From Prorocentrum cordatum (lineage: Eukaryota): 64,000 nucleotides of DNA. Made by a program: the position numbers and the translations under genes. Position 1 is the stretch's first letter. Each line of letters starts with the position of its first letter. Where the stretch lies: NCBI GenBank assembly GCA_963575745.1, contig CAUYUJ010000001.1:744001-808000 (forward strand). Direction: 5' to 3'. Below the pieces are notes generated by a model. The model was not told the origin of the DNA. It did not search any database and saw only the letters and a program-made list of their open reading frames with translations. This document shows positions 22,334 to 34,371 of this stretch, piece after piece.

Positions 22334-25300
22334 GGGTCCTGCGCGGCGGCGCTCGACGCTGCCGCCCCCCCCCCCTCCGCCGAGGGAGACCACCGCAAGG
22401 GGGGCTCCCCCGCCCACGGTGGCCCCGCCGGCATCCTCGGTGGCGACGGCGCCGACGTCCTCACGACGACGCTGACGACATGGACGGCGACGACCGACTA
22501 CCGCCTCCGGCGCGCGGCGGCGCCGAAGGCATCCGACGATGTGGTTTGTCAAGTGCGCGGCCCCGGAGGCCCCGCCCCAGGCCCGCTTCTGATACCCCCC
22601 AGGGGCCCACGACGGGCCCACGGAGGCCGGAATAGGGGACAAACGCCCGGGTAGACCAAAGCAGGGGGAACGGGAAGGGGGAAGGCGGGGAAGGGAGCGG
22701 GAGAGGGAAGCGCAGGCGAGGGGAGGAGTCGGGGAAACGTAGGACCCGAGTTCGCCAGAACTCGGGCTTGCCTACGCTGGTTGACGTTGGCGGTCCAATT
22801 GTCGTGGGACGTTTGCGGCAGGAGCTCGCGTCAAACTGCCAAATTTCAGACTGGGTCTCGTCATTTTTCTGACGGCCCCCTCGGGCCAGCTCGAGTCCTC
22901 CAAACTCGAGCCTTCGGTCCCCAGAAGAGGAGGAGGATAATAATCTGATTCTCCACAGTCCGCACGTTTCGGCCAGCAGGTGGCTGATTTAGTGATTTTC
23001 CCGAAGGGCAGAAAAGAACTCATAAACACAAGCCTTCGGAGCTCCGCGCAGATTTCTTGGCCCTGCGCTGGACCCCCCTCCCTGGCGAGCGGAGCGCGCC
23101 AGGGACGGCGCTGGAGTCGCTGCGTCCAGCGCCGACCCAAGAAATCCTCGCGGAGGTTCGAAAGCTTATGCTTATGAGCTGTTCGCCCCGTGCGAGGATC
23201 CCGGGATCGACCACCTGCTCGTCGGAAGGCGTGGATGGTGGCGCGTCAGGGTTCCGATTGGGGATGGGGGAGAAGATCGGAGGAGCAAGAAGTCATGATA
23301 GTGGAACGTTCCAAGGTTTCAAGGATTCCCCAGACGTCTTAGTTTTCCGCACGGGCTGCAGAAACGAGGGCCGCTGGATATAGACCCTATGATCTGACGT
23401 TGCGAACAAAAATGAAGCATCGCAACAGAGAAAGAGCGTGTTCTACCGCTGCTGGCGGAAAACCGGGGGGGGTCACTACCGGTTCGAACCCCTCCCCCCC
23501 CCACCCCCCTCCAGAAAACCGGGGGGGGTCACTACCGGTTCGAACCCCTCCCCCCCCCCCCAGCTCATCATGAAAAGGGGGGGGGGTCACTACCGGTTCG
23601 AACCCCCCCCCCCCCTCGAAAACCGAGTGGGGGTGCGGACAGAGGTGGGGACGGTGTTGGTGGGACAGTGGTGAGGGGACAGCGGGACAGTGGTGGGGAC
23701 AGTGGGACAGTGGGACAGTAGAGGGCCGGTAGTGGTGGGGACAGTGGTGGGGACAATGGTGGGAACAGGGGGGACAGTGGACAGTGGTGGGGACGGTGGT
23801 GGTGGGGACAGTGGTGTGGGCACAGTGGGAATGAGGTGGAAACAGTGGGACAGTGGAGGGTACAATGGTGGTGGGGACAGTGGTGAAGGCGGTGGCGAGG
23901 ACGGCGGTGGGACAATGGGACAGAGGTACAGTGGGGACAGTGGTGGGGACAGTGGGGACAGTGGTGGGAACAGTGGGACAGCTCAGTGGGACAGCGGCGG
24001 AGTCAGTGGGACAGTGGGGACAGTGGGGATAGTCGGGCAGTGGTTGGGGCCGTGGAGACAGTGGGGAGAGTGGAACCGTGGTGGGAACAGTGGTGGGGAC
24101 AGTGGGGACAGTGCGACAGTGGTGGGGGCACTGGTGGGGACACAGTGGGGACAGTGGTGGTGAGGACAGTGGTGCTGGGAACAACAGTGGAGGATGTGAT
24201 GCGGACGGTGGTAGGGACCGGGAGTCGTTTGCTGGCGGTGAGTGGGGGGGTGGGGAGGGGTTCGAACCGGTAGTGATCCCCCTCCGGTTTTCGAGGGGAG
24301 GGGGGGGGGGTTCGAACCGGTAGTGACCCCCCCGGTTTTCCGGATCCGAGGGGGGGGGGGGAGGGGGGGAGGGGGGGGGGGGGAGGGGTTCCAGCAGGGG
24401 GGGGGGGGGATTTTCGGGGGGGTGGGGGGGGGGAACGACCCCCGGGCTCCGGAGGAAAAGGTTGGCAATTTTCCACAGTAAAGCGGCGGTGGATCACGCT
24501 CTCTCGATTATCGCCAGCCCTGGACCCCATCTTCCTGCGTCAGTTTTCGAGCCAGATCGATATGTGAGGGTCGTGGGACCAGAAACTTGGCGAAAACGCT
24601 TTTTGTTAGAAATACAACGCCAGGATCTCGTCGGATGGGGCTAAGACGAGGAGATGTCCGTTCCACAGCGTTCCGGAACGCTCCCAGAGCGTTCCAGAAC
24701 GCTCTGAGAATACCGCGGCGCCCGAGACATCCTCCAGAGCCGCCGGGTCTCAGAGATCCTCCATGTGTCTTCACCCGCTGCTGTCCTCGTCCTGGCTCCG
24801 TCTCGTCTCGGGGGAAGGACCCCCCGGACGGCCGCCGAGGGCCTCGCCTCCCGACGGGCCTTCGGCGCGCCGGCGGCGGTCCCCACGCAGCCGCCCGCCT
24901 CGAGGTGGTCCGCGCCCCGGGCACCTGCCCGACGGTGCGCGGGCAGGCGGTGGGCGCGCTGAGGACCGGCGCTGCTGCGCGCCTCCCCTCCTCCTCCTCC
25001 TCCTCCTCCTCCTCCTCCTCCTCCTCCTCCTCCTCCTCCCTCCTCCTCCTCCTCCTCCTCCTCCTCCTCCTCCTCCTCCTCCTCCTCCCCCCTCCTCCTC
25101 CTCCTTCTGCTCCTCCTCCTCCTCCTCCTCCTCCTCCACCTCCTCCTCCTCCTCCTCCTCCTCCTCCTCCTCCTCCCCGGGAGGGCCTTGTCGTTCGTCC
25201 TGCTGGGGACAACCTCGGCCACGCGCAGCAGGGGGGGTAATTATTAGGGGGAGAGGGGGAGGCTGCTTGGAAGCACCCTGCTTCTTAGAGGGCGCGGGCC

Positions 25301-28300
25301 GTGTCTATAGATGCAAGGCTGGCGCCTTCTGAGAAGCAGCCTCTTCCTAAGAAGCCCCTCCCCCATACCCCCTTTCTGCGCGCCGCCAGGGCACACGACT
25401 GTCGTTGAAAGTCGGTATTTATGGATTCCCAGACGCAAATAGGTTCCAAGCTCCTTCCTGCTTCAAGAACCGATATGATGTTGCTGCCTTGTGTTGTTCT
25501 TTGGGTGGGCCCGAGCCCAATCTACTGAATCCGCGTTCCTTCTTCATGTTTCCACCTACTTCTTCCGACTGGCGGATAGGAGGAGGGAGGAATGCTTAGA
25601 AGTTTTCCTGCTTCTTAGAAGAAGCGGGCCTTATCGATTGATGTAAGGCCGGAGCCGTCTAAGGAGTAGCCTCCGTTTAAGAAGCCTTCCTACCCCATGG
25701 CGATGACGGGCGTGGCTGGGAGGCCTCCTACCCTGACCTTCCAGGAGGGCTAAAAGTAGCACCAGACCATCGACGTCAAAATTCCTGTCGAGGTCTGAGG
25801 CGTTCCAGACAGGTCTACAGGTCTGGAGTCTTAGCACCCTGGAAGGTCAGGGTTTGCATCCCCTGCTCGTTCCCGCTCTCCTTTTGCATTCCTTCGCTTG
25901 TTGTGCGAGCCCAGGGCCCCAGCCCCTTGGCCGTGCTGCGCGCACGGGGGCTTCGCCCCCGGGCAGCAGCCATTAAGTCGGGCCTGTCCCTCTACAGGAG
26001 GAATATCAAAAAATAGTTTGGGGACGATTTTTGATAAGTTCTGACAATTCAGGAATATTGTTGGACTATGTTTTATGTCTCGCCTAACATCCGCATGTAT
26101 GGGGGGACGCACGCCCAGAGTCTCGCCCCCAAGGTGGGAGGCTGGGGGGGGGAAGGGGGCACGTCACGATTCGCGCCAGCGTCGTCCTTGAGCGTGTACG
26201 AGTGGCAGGTCCCACGCGGTGCCTGCGCGAATCGTGACGTGACCAGGGGTGGGGCGGGAGGCGGGGCTGTAATGTGCGAGCCTGTCGCCGCATTCGTGGG
26301 CTCCTGGAAGGGCCAGCGCAACGCAGACCCAGACTAGGCCTCGCCGTCCCTTTGGGGGCTGCGATCTTGCGAAACTGACATTCTCTTCGCTCCTTCACAC
26401 ATCTGTTCTCGTCCTTCCTCTGCCTCCGTTCTCCTGCCCCGCGCTCCGTTCATCGTCATCTGCCCGCCTCACATCTTGAGCGCAAGCGTCACTGCGTGAA
26501 TAAAGGACGTTGAGCGAGGTCAGGCGTTCGTTGGCGAAGTATTCAAGGGGACTACAGATATGTTCATGCAATCACGTGGTGGTCCTGGCTATAGTCGCCA
26601 TTCATGTAGAACGGCTCGGGTACGTCTCTGGGTAAGTTCCCAACCTTCTCTTGATGCGTTTCCGTTCTGAATAGAGCCATGCTCGTGCGTCTCCCTCATT
26701 CCTCCTGCATCCTCCGTTCTCCTGCCTCCTATGTCCCACCGTCTGGTTGGACCATCGTTTCGAATAGAGCACTACTTGCTCCAATGTTCTCATCCACCTT
26801 CTCTTCTTCCCCCGCCCTCTCATCCTTCTCCTCCTCCTCCGCCTCCCCCTTGCCTCCCTCTTCCTACCTTTCCTGTTGTGGGGCTCTGAGCTGCGCAACC
26901 GTCGCCACTGTCGTGGGCTCCCTGGAGGCCCAGCGGAGGGGGGGACATACGCAGGCCCAGACTTGACCTCGCAGCTCCGTTGGAGTGCTGCCACCTGCGC
27001 AGCTATCGCCACTTTCGTGGGCTCCGGGGAGGTCTGGCGCAATGGTGACATGCGCAGACCCAGACCAGACCTCGCGGCTCCGTGGGGGGTGGCGCCACCT
27101 GCGCAATTGTCGCCATGCTCGTCGGTTCTAGGGAGGTCCAGCGCAGTGTGGACATACGCATTTCCAGTCTAGACCTCGCGGCTTCTCGGGACCACTGCAT
27201 GTTCGAGGGCGCGTGGGAAGCACAGCGCAGTGGGGACATGCGCAGGCCCAGTCTCGACCTCGCGGCTTCGTTGGGGCGTTGCCACGCGCGCAGTTATCGC
27301 CGCTTTCCTGGGCTCCTGGGGGGTCCAGTGCAGTGGGGACGTCCGCAGACTCAGACTAGACATCACGGCTCCGTGGGGGCGTTGCCACTTGCACATTTGT
27401 CGCCACGTTCGTTGGCTCTTGAGAAGTCCAGCGCGATGGGGTATGATGCGGACCCAGGCGAGACTTCGCGGCTCTGGGGTTGTTGGCACTTGCGCCGCCA
27501 CGTTCATGGGATCCTGGGAGGTCTAACGCAGAAGGGCTCTCCGCAATCCCAGAGAGACGTCGTGGTTCTCTGGGAGGCTATCTGGGTACAGCAAGCGTTC
27601 AACAGCGCTGCATACCTCTCAATGTGTGGAGCGTGTATGCTGGTAGCCGCTTCGCGCTTAGAACGGGTTGGCTACGGTTCGGCTACGTTTCCGAACCTTC
27701 CGTTGGGCTATCGTTTTGAATCGAGCATCTCGGGCGCATCTTCTCCTCTCCCTCCAGCTTCCCTCCCGCTCTTTCCTATCATCTTTCCTACTTCTCGCAT
27801 GGCTCCTACTTCCTGCTTGTCTCCGACCTGCCTCCAGCCTCACTATCCCTGGGGGGGCTGCGAATTGCGAACATGTCGCCGCTTGCGAAGGCTGAGGAGT
27901 GGCCCAGCGCAGCGACGCCGTACGAGGATTCAGGCTAGACCCTGGCGGGGCTGGGAATTGCGAAACTGCCGCTACGTTCGGGGACTGATGGGACGGCGGC
28001 GTTCGGGGCGGGCGGGGGCCCCTGCAGGCCTGATGCGCGAGGCCCCGCCAGAAAGGCCCGCCTCCTTCTCCCGAGGCTTGGTGCCCGCGGCGGCTCCCAC
28101 GGTCGCAACGCTGAACACGTCCGTGCTGTCCCCGATGCGGGCGAGACGGAGGACCGGACGATACGAGAGGAGGCGAACTGCGAGGGCCTAGCTCGGTTCG
28201 ACGAAACCTGATCCTCGTGCCATTGCCCTGACCTGAAGTTGGCAATCTACCTCATGCGGGCAGCCGTGAGCGGCAACGAACAGGGGTTAGCCATCGGCTT

Positions 28301-31300
28301 GCGAAACGGTTCGCTGCCGAAGCACCCGCACGTGTTTCAGATCCAGCACTGGAGCGACTTGGAGAAGATGAGACTGTGGGGCGGATGGGCCAACTCCCCT
28401 CAGATGGACTCTTCACCCTCGGCAGCTGAAACGTTTTCGAATCGATATGGATGATATTGAAGCATGGGGATCAATGGCGGGAGGAGCAGGAGGAGGCAGG
28501 AGGGGAACATGTGGAGAGGGAGGAGGAGGAGGAGGAGGAGGAGGAGGAGGAGGAGGAGCAGGAGGAGGAGGAGCAGCATGAGAACGCGGGGGAGGGCGGA
28601 GGCAGGAGGGTCATGGGCGAGGGGGAAGGCACGAGGGACGAGGAAGGAAGGCTGGGTGGGGGGGCGGGCGGGTGAGCGGGATCTAGAGTGGGAGGGACGG
28701 GGGATGGATGGATGGATGGAAACGCCCCCACCTGGGCTGGCAGGTTGAAGCCTCGGGCTGGCCTCGGCAGTGGAGGGGCCACAGAGCCGGAGGCAGCAAC
28801 CGACGGCGACATCCACAAAGCCCATCCAGGGAGAATCGCTCTTCAGGAGCATAGTTGCGGAGGTGCCCCGACACCTGCACGCGGACGCCCGGAGGAGGAG
28901 CGGGGAGGAGCCGGGGAGAGGAGGAGGAGGAGGAGGAGGAGGAGGAGGAGGAGGAGGAGGAGGAGGAGGAGGAGGACGACGACGACGACGACGTCGACGA
29001 CGACGACGACGGGGAGGGCGAGGAGGGGCGGAGGAGAGGGGGCAGACTCCGCACCCTGCGCTCCGGACAGAGGACCTCGGCTCAACCCAAGGACGAGCTC
29101 GAAATGGGAAGGCCTGGGAGAGGGCACTTCAGACGCCCAACTCGACAGGGATCCCGCCCGATCTCCCAAACCGCCTCGTGTCAGCGCAGCACGCAGCTAC
29201 GAGACCTTGGAGGTCGGAGGGAGAGGGGGTCACCCAGGGAGACGGCGCATAGACCGGCCGGCTGCCCAGAACTCGGCCTCACAGCGCTCCAGATGGGCTC
29301 CTAGGAGGCATGCCTCTGCATAGCTGGCATCCTCCGGGCGCACGCTCAGAACGGCCCGGGTGCAGTCCTCCTTTGACTCTGAAGGGGCAGTGCACCGGGC
29401 GTTCCAGAAAGGCTGCCTCCATACAGAGGTTCCGGCACAGCTGGAGAGATCCTCTCCATCTCGAGATGGAAGGCAGGATTGCGGATACGGACATCACATG
29501 AAATACACTGCTGCACAGAGGCCCACGGGCGCGCCCCAGCCAGATGACTAAGGCAGAGAAGACGGCACCTCATACGCGCCATCGCCCGTTGGCCTCGAAG
29601 GACCTCCCAGGGAAGGGAGAGGGCCAACGCTCGGCTGAAGTCTGTACACGGGACGGGCCCCAAGTTGAGGTAGGTTGTCAGCCAGAGGTGCGCCCCGAGC
29701 TCTCGGACCAGCTCCTGGCGGCAGCGCTCCGCCACAAGAGCCCTGACATGGGATTTGTACTGAGCCGTCGACCCCCCTGGTACGAGGTCGCTCCAAGACG
29801 GCCAGTCCGGAAGGCCCCAGTCCTCCAGCAGCACAAGTGAAGCTCTGGCCCATGACCTGCCAGAAGTGGTATGGGCACGTGCGAAGGCGGCGTTGTACAT
29901 GTCCCCGTCCGGGAGCAGCCCAAGACCAGCCCGGCGGGAGCAAACAGACCAGCACCAGAGATCCCCCACCCGACCTTTGCCAGGGCCAGCGCCGCTGGTT
30001 TTCCAGGGCGGACAATCCAGAAAAGCTCGGGCCCACGCATAGTAGCTGTCATTCAGAAGCTCGGCCGCACCCTCTTCGACAGCGCAGAGCCAGCGCCCAA
30101 ACCGGAAAGATGCCTCGATTTGTGTCTCGAAGAGCCGTATAGAGCAGCAGCCACCGGAAGGACCCCAGAGGCGACGTACCCCGCCAAAACGGCGCACTGC
30201 GAGGACGCCGCGCCGAGCTTCATCTGGAGCACCTTGCCGAGATCCAAGTCAGCCAGCCATTGCAGACCAAGCCACTTGTGGCACGGCACAAGCTGCAACG
30301 GCACTGGGCTGCACCAGGCCAGAGGCAGCACGATCGGGGGAGGAGGTGAGGGGGAGCGCGGATGAGGCTGGCGGGGGAGGGGAGGCGAGGCAGGGCCGTG
30401 CCGAGGAGGTTGGCGGTCGACGAAGCCTCCTGGGCCGCGCAGGGCAGGGACGCGGTGCCCCTCATCGTGGGCGTGATCGCCGAGGGCCTGACACGGGAGG
30501 AGCAGGGCGGCGCTGCGGCGTGGCTCGCGCCGCTGGTCGAGGCCCGGAGACGGCCCAAGAGCGGGTCAGAGCGCCCAGGACGGCCTCGAGACGGTCCAGG
30601 AGGCCCCCAAGACGCCCCAACAGGGCTCCAAAGGCTCCCCAGGAGGGCCCCGAGGGACCAACGTCTATGATTTGCCAGTGGTCATTGAAAGGTTTCAGCG
30701 TTCTCGCCTGTTCGAACATCTGACGTTCCAAGGCGGCCCAAGAAGCCTCCACGGGAGAAAGCAATCCCGACACCGACATTTTTCGGCAGCGAAATCCGAA
30801 CCATACCCTCGCCGATCAACGATTCGGGCAACTCGATGGGGGCTGGGGCTAGGGTTCGTAAACCGTCGAACGCGTGGCGGAATCCGAACCCTGCCCCCCG
30901 CCCCCCATCGATTCGGGAGAATCGATGGTTGGTGGGGGCAGGGTTCGGACGCCGCCACCTACTCCGGATGGCATGATAATCGGGGGAGGTGCGACTAACC
31001 TTCCGACGGAGCGCCCCTCAACGCGCGTCCAAAATTCTCCCCACCCCACCAGGCCCAGGAACTTGAGCTTCAAAACTGCCACCCCCCACACACACTCCCC
31101 CCCCAGCGGCAAGCGCTCATCCCCCCCCCGCACCCCAGGGGGGGCCACGCGCAGTGTTGTGCTTTGGGCGGGCCCGAACCTCTGGATTTCTGCTTCATAT
31201 CTCCACCTACTTCTTCCGACTGGCGGGTAGGGGGAGAGGGGGAGGCTTCTTAGAAGCACCCATGTTTCTAAGAAGCCTTCACCTCTACCCATACCCACTC

Positions 31301-34300
31301 GTGCGCGCCGCCAAGTATTGGCGGGGGGAGGTAAGGACGCGTGTCGGGGAGGATCAGCCCTGGAGCCGAACTCCCCCTAGTCCGTCTCCAGCCCCAGCTC
31401 ACCCAGGAAGGTCGGTTGGGCTCCAGACCTCTGGAGGTCCGCCTCATGACAAAGATCATGACGTTTGGGGTCTGGTTGTTCCGCTATTCCTGTGGCCTTC
31501 TTGGGGCGTTTCGTCGCCACGGATCCTGGCCAGCACGCGCCCCTGGCCTGGGGCCGCAGCTTACGCGCATCCACCGCCTCGGGGACCTCTAGTAGCGTTT
31601 TTTTACTCCCGGGCGATGGCGGGCGTTACCCAAGGGGAGAAGGGAGGGGCGGGGGGGCGGTAACGTTACGTGTCGCGCCGGCGCCGCCTGGGAATGCTCA
31701 GGAATGAGCCAGGACAACGCGGAGGTCAGCACGAGTCGTGACGTTACCTTACCTTTGGTGGCCAAGGCTGGTAACGCTTGCTATCGCGAAACACTGAGGG
31801 AACAAAGAAGGCCCTTCCTATCTCTCAGAGCTCCATGCGGTAGACGTGTACATGTAGATTTTCGGGCCTTGGAGGGCCCAAAGATGTCCACGCCCGCTGT
31901 CTCCTGGGCTCCTGGGACATGGGTTCCCGCGCCAGCGGGCCTGTGAAAGCTCCGGCCTGGGATCGGGAGAGGTGCGCGGAGCAGCGGCAGCGGTACCGCC
32001 TTTCGGCGGCGCGCCGAGGGTGGAAGTGAGGAGGGGGCAGGCCTTTTCAGAAGGCGGCGCGGCTTCTCAGAAGCCCTCCACCCTTCAGGCGAAGAGAGAG
32101 CCTCTGAGAAGCCCTTCTGGGCCTTCGGAGAAGGCCCGCCCCCCGTGCCCGAAGAGGGAAAGGCTCTGCACGGAGAAGCTCGGCCGAGTTCACCCTGGCC
32201 GAGTTGCTCCCCGCCGAGCGTACAGTTGCTGCCCTCTGCCCTCCCCACGGGCGCATCCGCCGAGTCTCGTCCCCCACGAGGCGGCGCTCGTCCTCTCGGA
32301 GCGGGTGCTGGGCCGTGCGGACGGTGCCGGCGGCGCCGCCTGCGGCGCGGGTGCGGGCGTGGGCACGTCGCAGCTGGTTCCGCTGCTGCGGCTGGCGGCG
32401 GCGGCTGTCGCTGGGGAGGCGGTCGCAGACCCAGAGGCCGACGCCGCAGCCAGGCCCCCCGCCTGCAGAGGGCAGCTGCACACACCGCCACCGTCCCTAG
32501 ATCTCCGGCGAGATGTGTTTCTATTCAATCCAGGCGTCCCGCGCCCTAAGAGCTCGTCTTTCAAGGGATTGGGTGGCGTCGCCTTCATCAGCACCATTGT
32601 GACGAACGCCTCACTCTTCCCAGCCAAGATTGCTGGCTTCTTGCGGGTTTGTCATCTGGAGCCTCCACCTTCTGTGGGCGATCTTTCTTGAGTCTAGAGA
32701 GCGCTGAAGGGTTTTGAGCAAAAGGGTCGGGAGCAAATTTGGGGGGCCTGCAGCGCAATAAAGTTCGCAGCTTTTCAGAATTACTCCTAGCTGGCTCAAT
32801 GGCATCGCCACTGTTCGGGACACGTATGCTCCCGCGGCCGCAGGGGTAGCAGGTGAATTCGCTGAGTCAATGATTTGCAAACTCGCAAGGATGGAACGCA
32901 CGCACACATTTTCCACGTGTCGGCCGACACGCCAACAAAGCTACAAACGCGCATCGCTTAGCTATCATTCGAGCCACAGACGATTGCAATTCGATCGTTT
33001 GCGGCCTCACCTTCGATGCAGACCTGCGGTTTCGACCCAGTCCAGCCCCTGGGAGCAACCTAGCTCCAACACTGCTTTCTGCACTCCATTATCCCCATGT
33101 TTCGTCCGCTGCTAGATTGAATCCGAACTTGTGGTTCATGACGCAAGTGCTCTCAGGCGATTACCCTACGAGCCTCCCGACCCTTTTGTTATAATTCCTC
33201 CTGCGCTGTTAAAACTGAATTCGACATGTCGGGCCCGTTTTGTTGGCCCCATGGGCTATCAGAAATTTACCCGCGGGGCGACAAGCTGGCCCCCGGGGTA
33301 ACTAGAGGTGTCGGGACTTCTCTGGGGCCGCGCGCTGAACACGTCTCTCGTCGTCGGATGTCCTGGTCTCCGCCTGGCGTGCAGATATCCTCCCGGTCGA
33401 GACCCGGATGTCCTTGGCACCATCCAGAGGGCCCGACTGGCGGCCCCTGGCCAGGGGCGGTGGTGGTGTACGGCTGTCGTGCTCCGAAAGCTGGGAGGGG
33501 CAGACAGGCACGCGCCTCGTCCTCCGAACTTTGCGTATTTGTTGTTCGCTTTTAGCTTCAACGGTCACGCGCTGGTGTGGGAGTCCGGGTGGCGTGGCAA
33601 CGGGGACAAGGCTTTCATCTCGCGGCGGCAGCGGGCGCTACCAGGGTGGCGGTGGGGGCGCCAGTAACGTCACGTTGGTGCCGTCTGGGAATGCTCAGGA
33701 ATAGCCACTTCCCCAACAGTGCCAGCTCGAATCATGACGTTACCAGCGGGAGCGGGGGTAGAGAGGACGAGGGCAGTAACGTGCACCACTGTAAATGTGT
33801 TCAACGATGCTTTCTGCTCTCCGCGACAGGTCGCCTCAGGCCCTGCCGTTTTTGGAAAGCCGGGAGGGGCGGAGAGTGCCGACGACTGGCGCAGCGTCTT
33901 CGATCTCTGCGGGGTACTCGTCCGCTTTGTGTACACAGGCCTGGGGTCTTTGGCTCTCCGAGACAGGTCGTCTCAGGCTGACGTCGTGGTGGGGTCGTCT
34001 GGCTCTCCGGGACAGGTCTCTCTCGTCGTGGCTGACTTGCTTCACCAGGCGACGCGCAGGTGCCGTAACGTCTGCTCTCCGCGACAGGTCGCCTCAGGCC
34101 CTGCTGCCGCCGCCGCTGCAGCTCGCGGGGCGCCTCCTGGGCCAGGAGGCCCCCCCGCGCCCCTGCAGCCCCGCGGCCTGCGCGGACGCCGCGAGGGAGC
34201 TCCGCCGCGTGGCCGAGGCGTCGTCGCCGTCGCCGTCGCCGTCGTCGTCCTCCTCCTCCTTCTCCTCCTCCTCCTCCTCCTCCTCCTCCTCCTCGTCCTC

Positions 34301-34318
34301 GTCCCTGTCGCCGTTGTC

Positions 34319-34371
<53 letters not shown>

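Noticed and set aside
23470..23610. tRNA genes suggested by GGTTCGAACC
   Set aside because: No cloverleaf or A box; the motif is part of the foldback modules.
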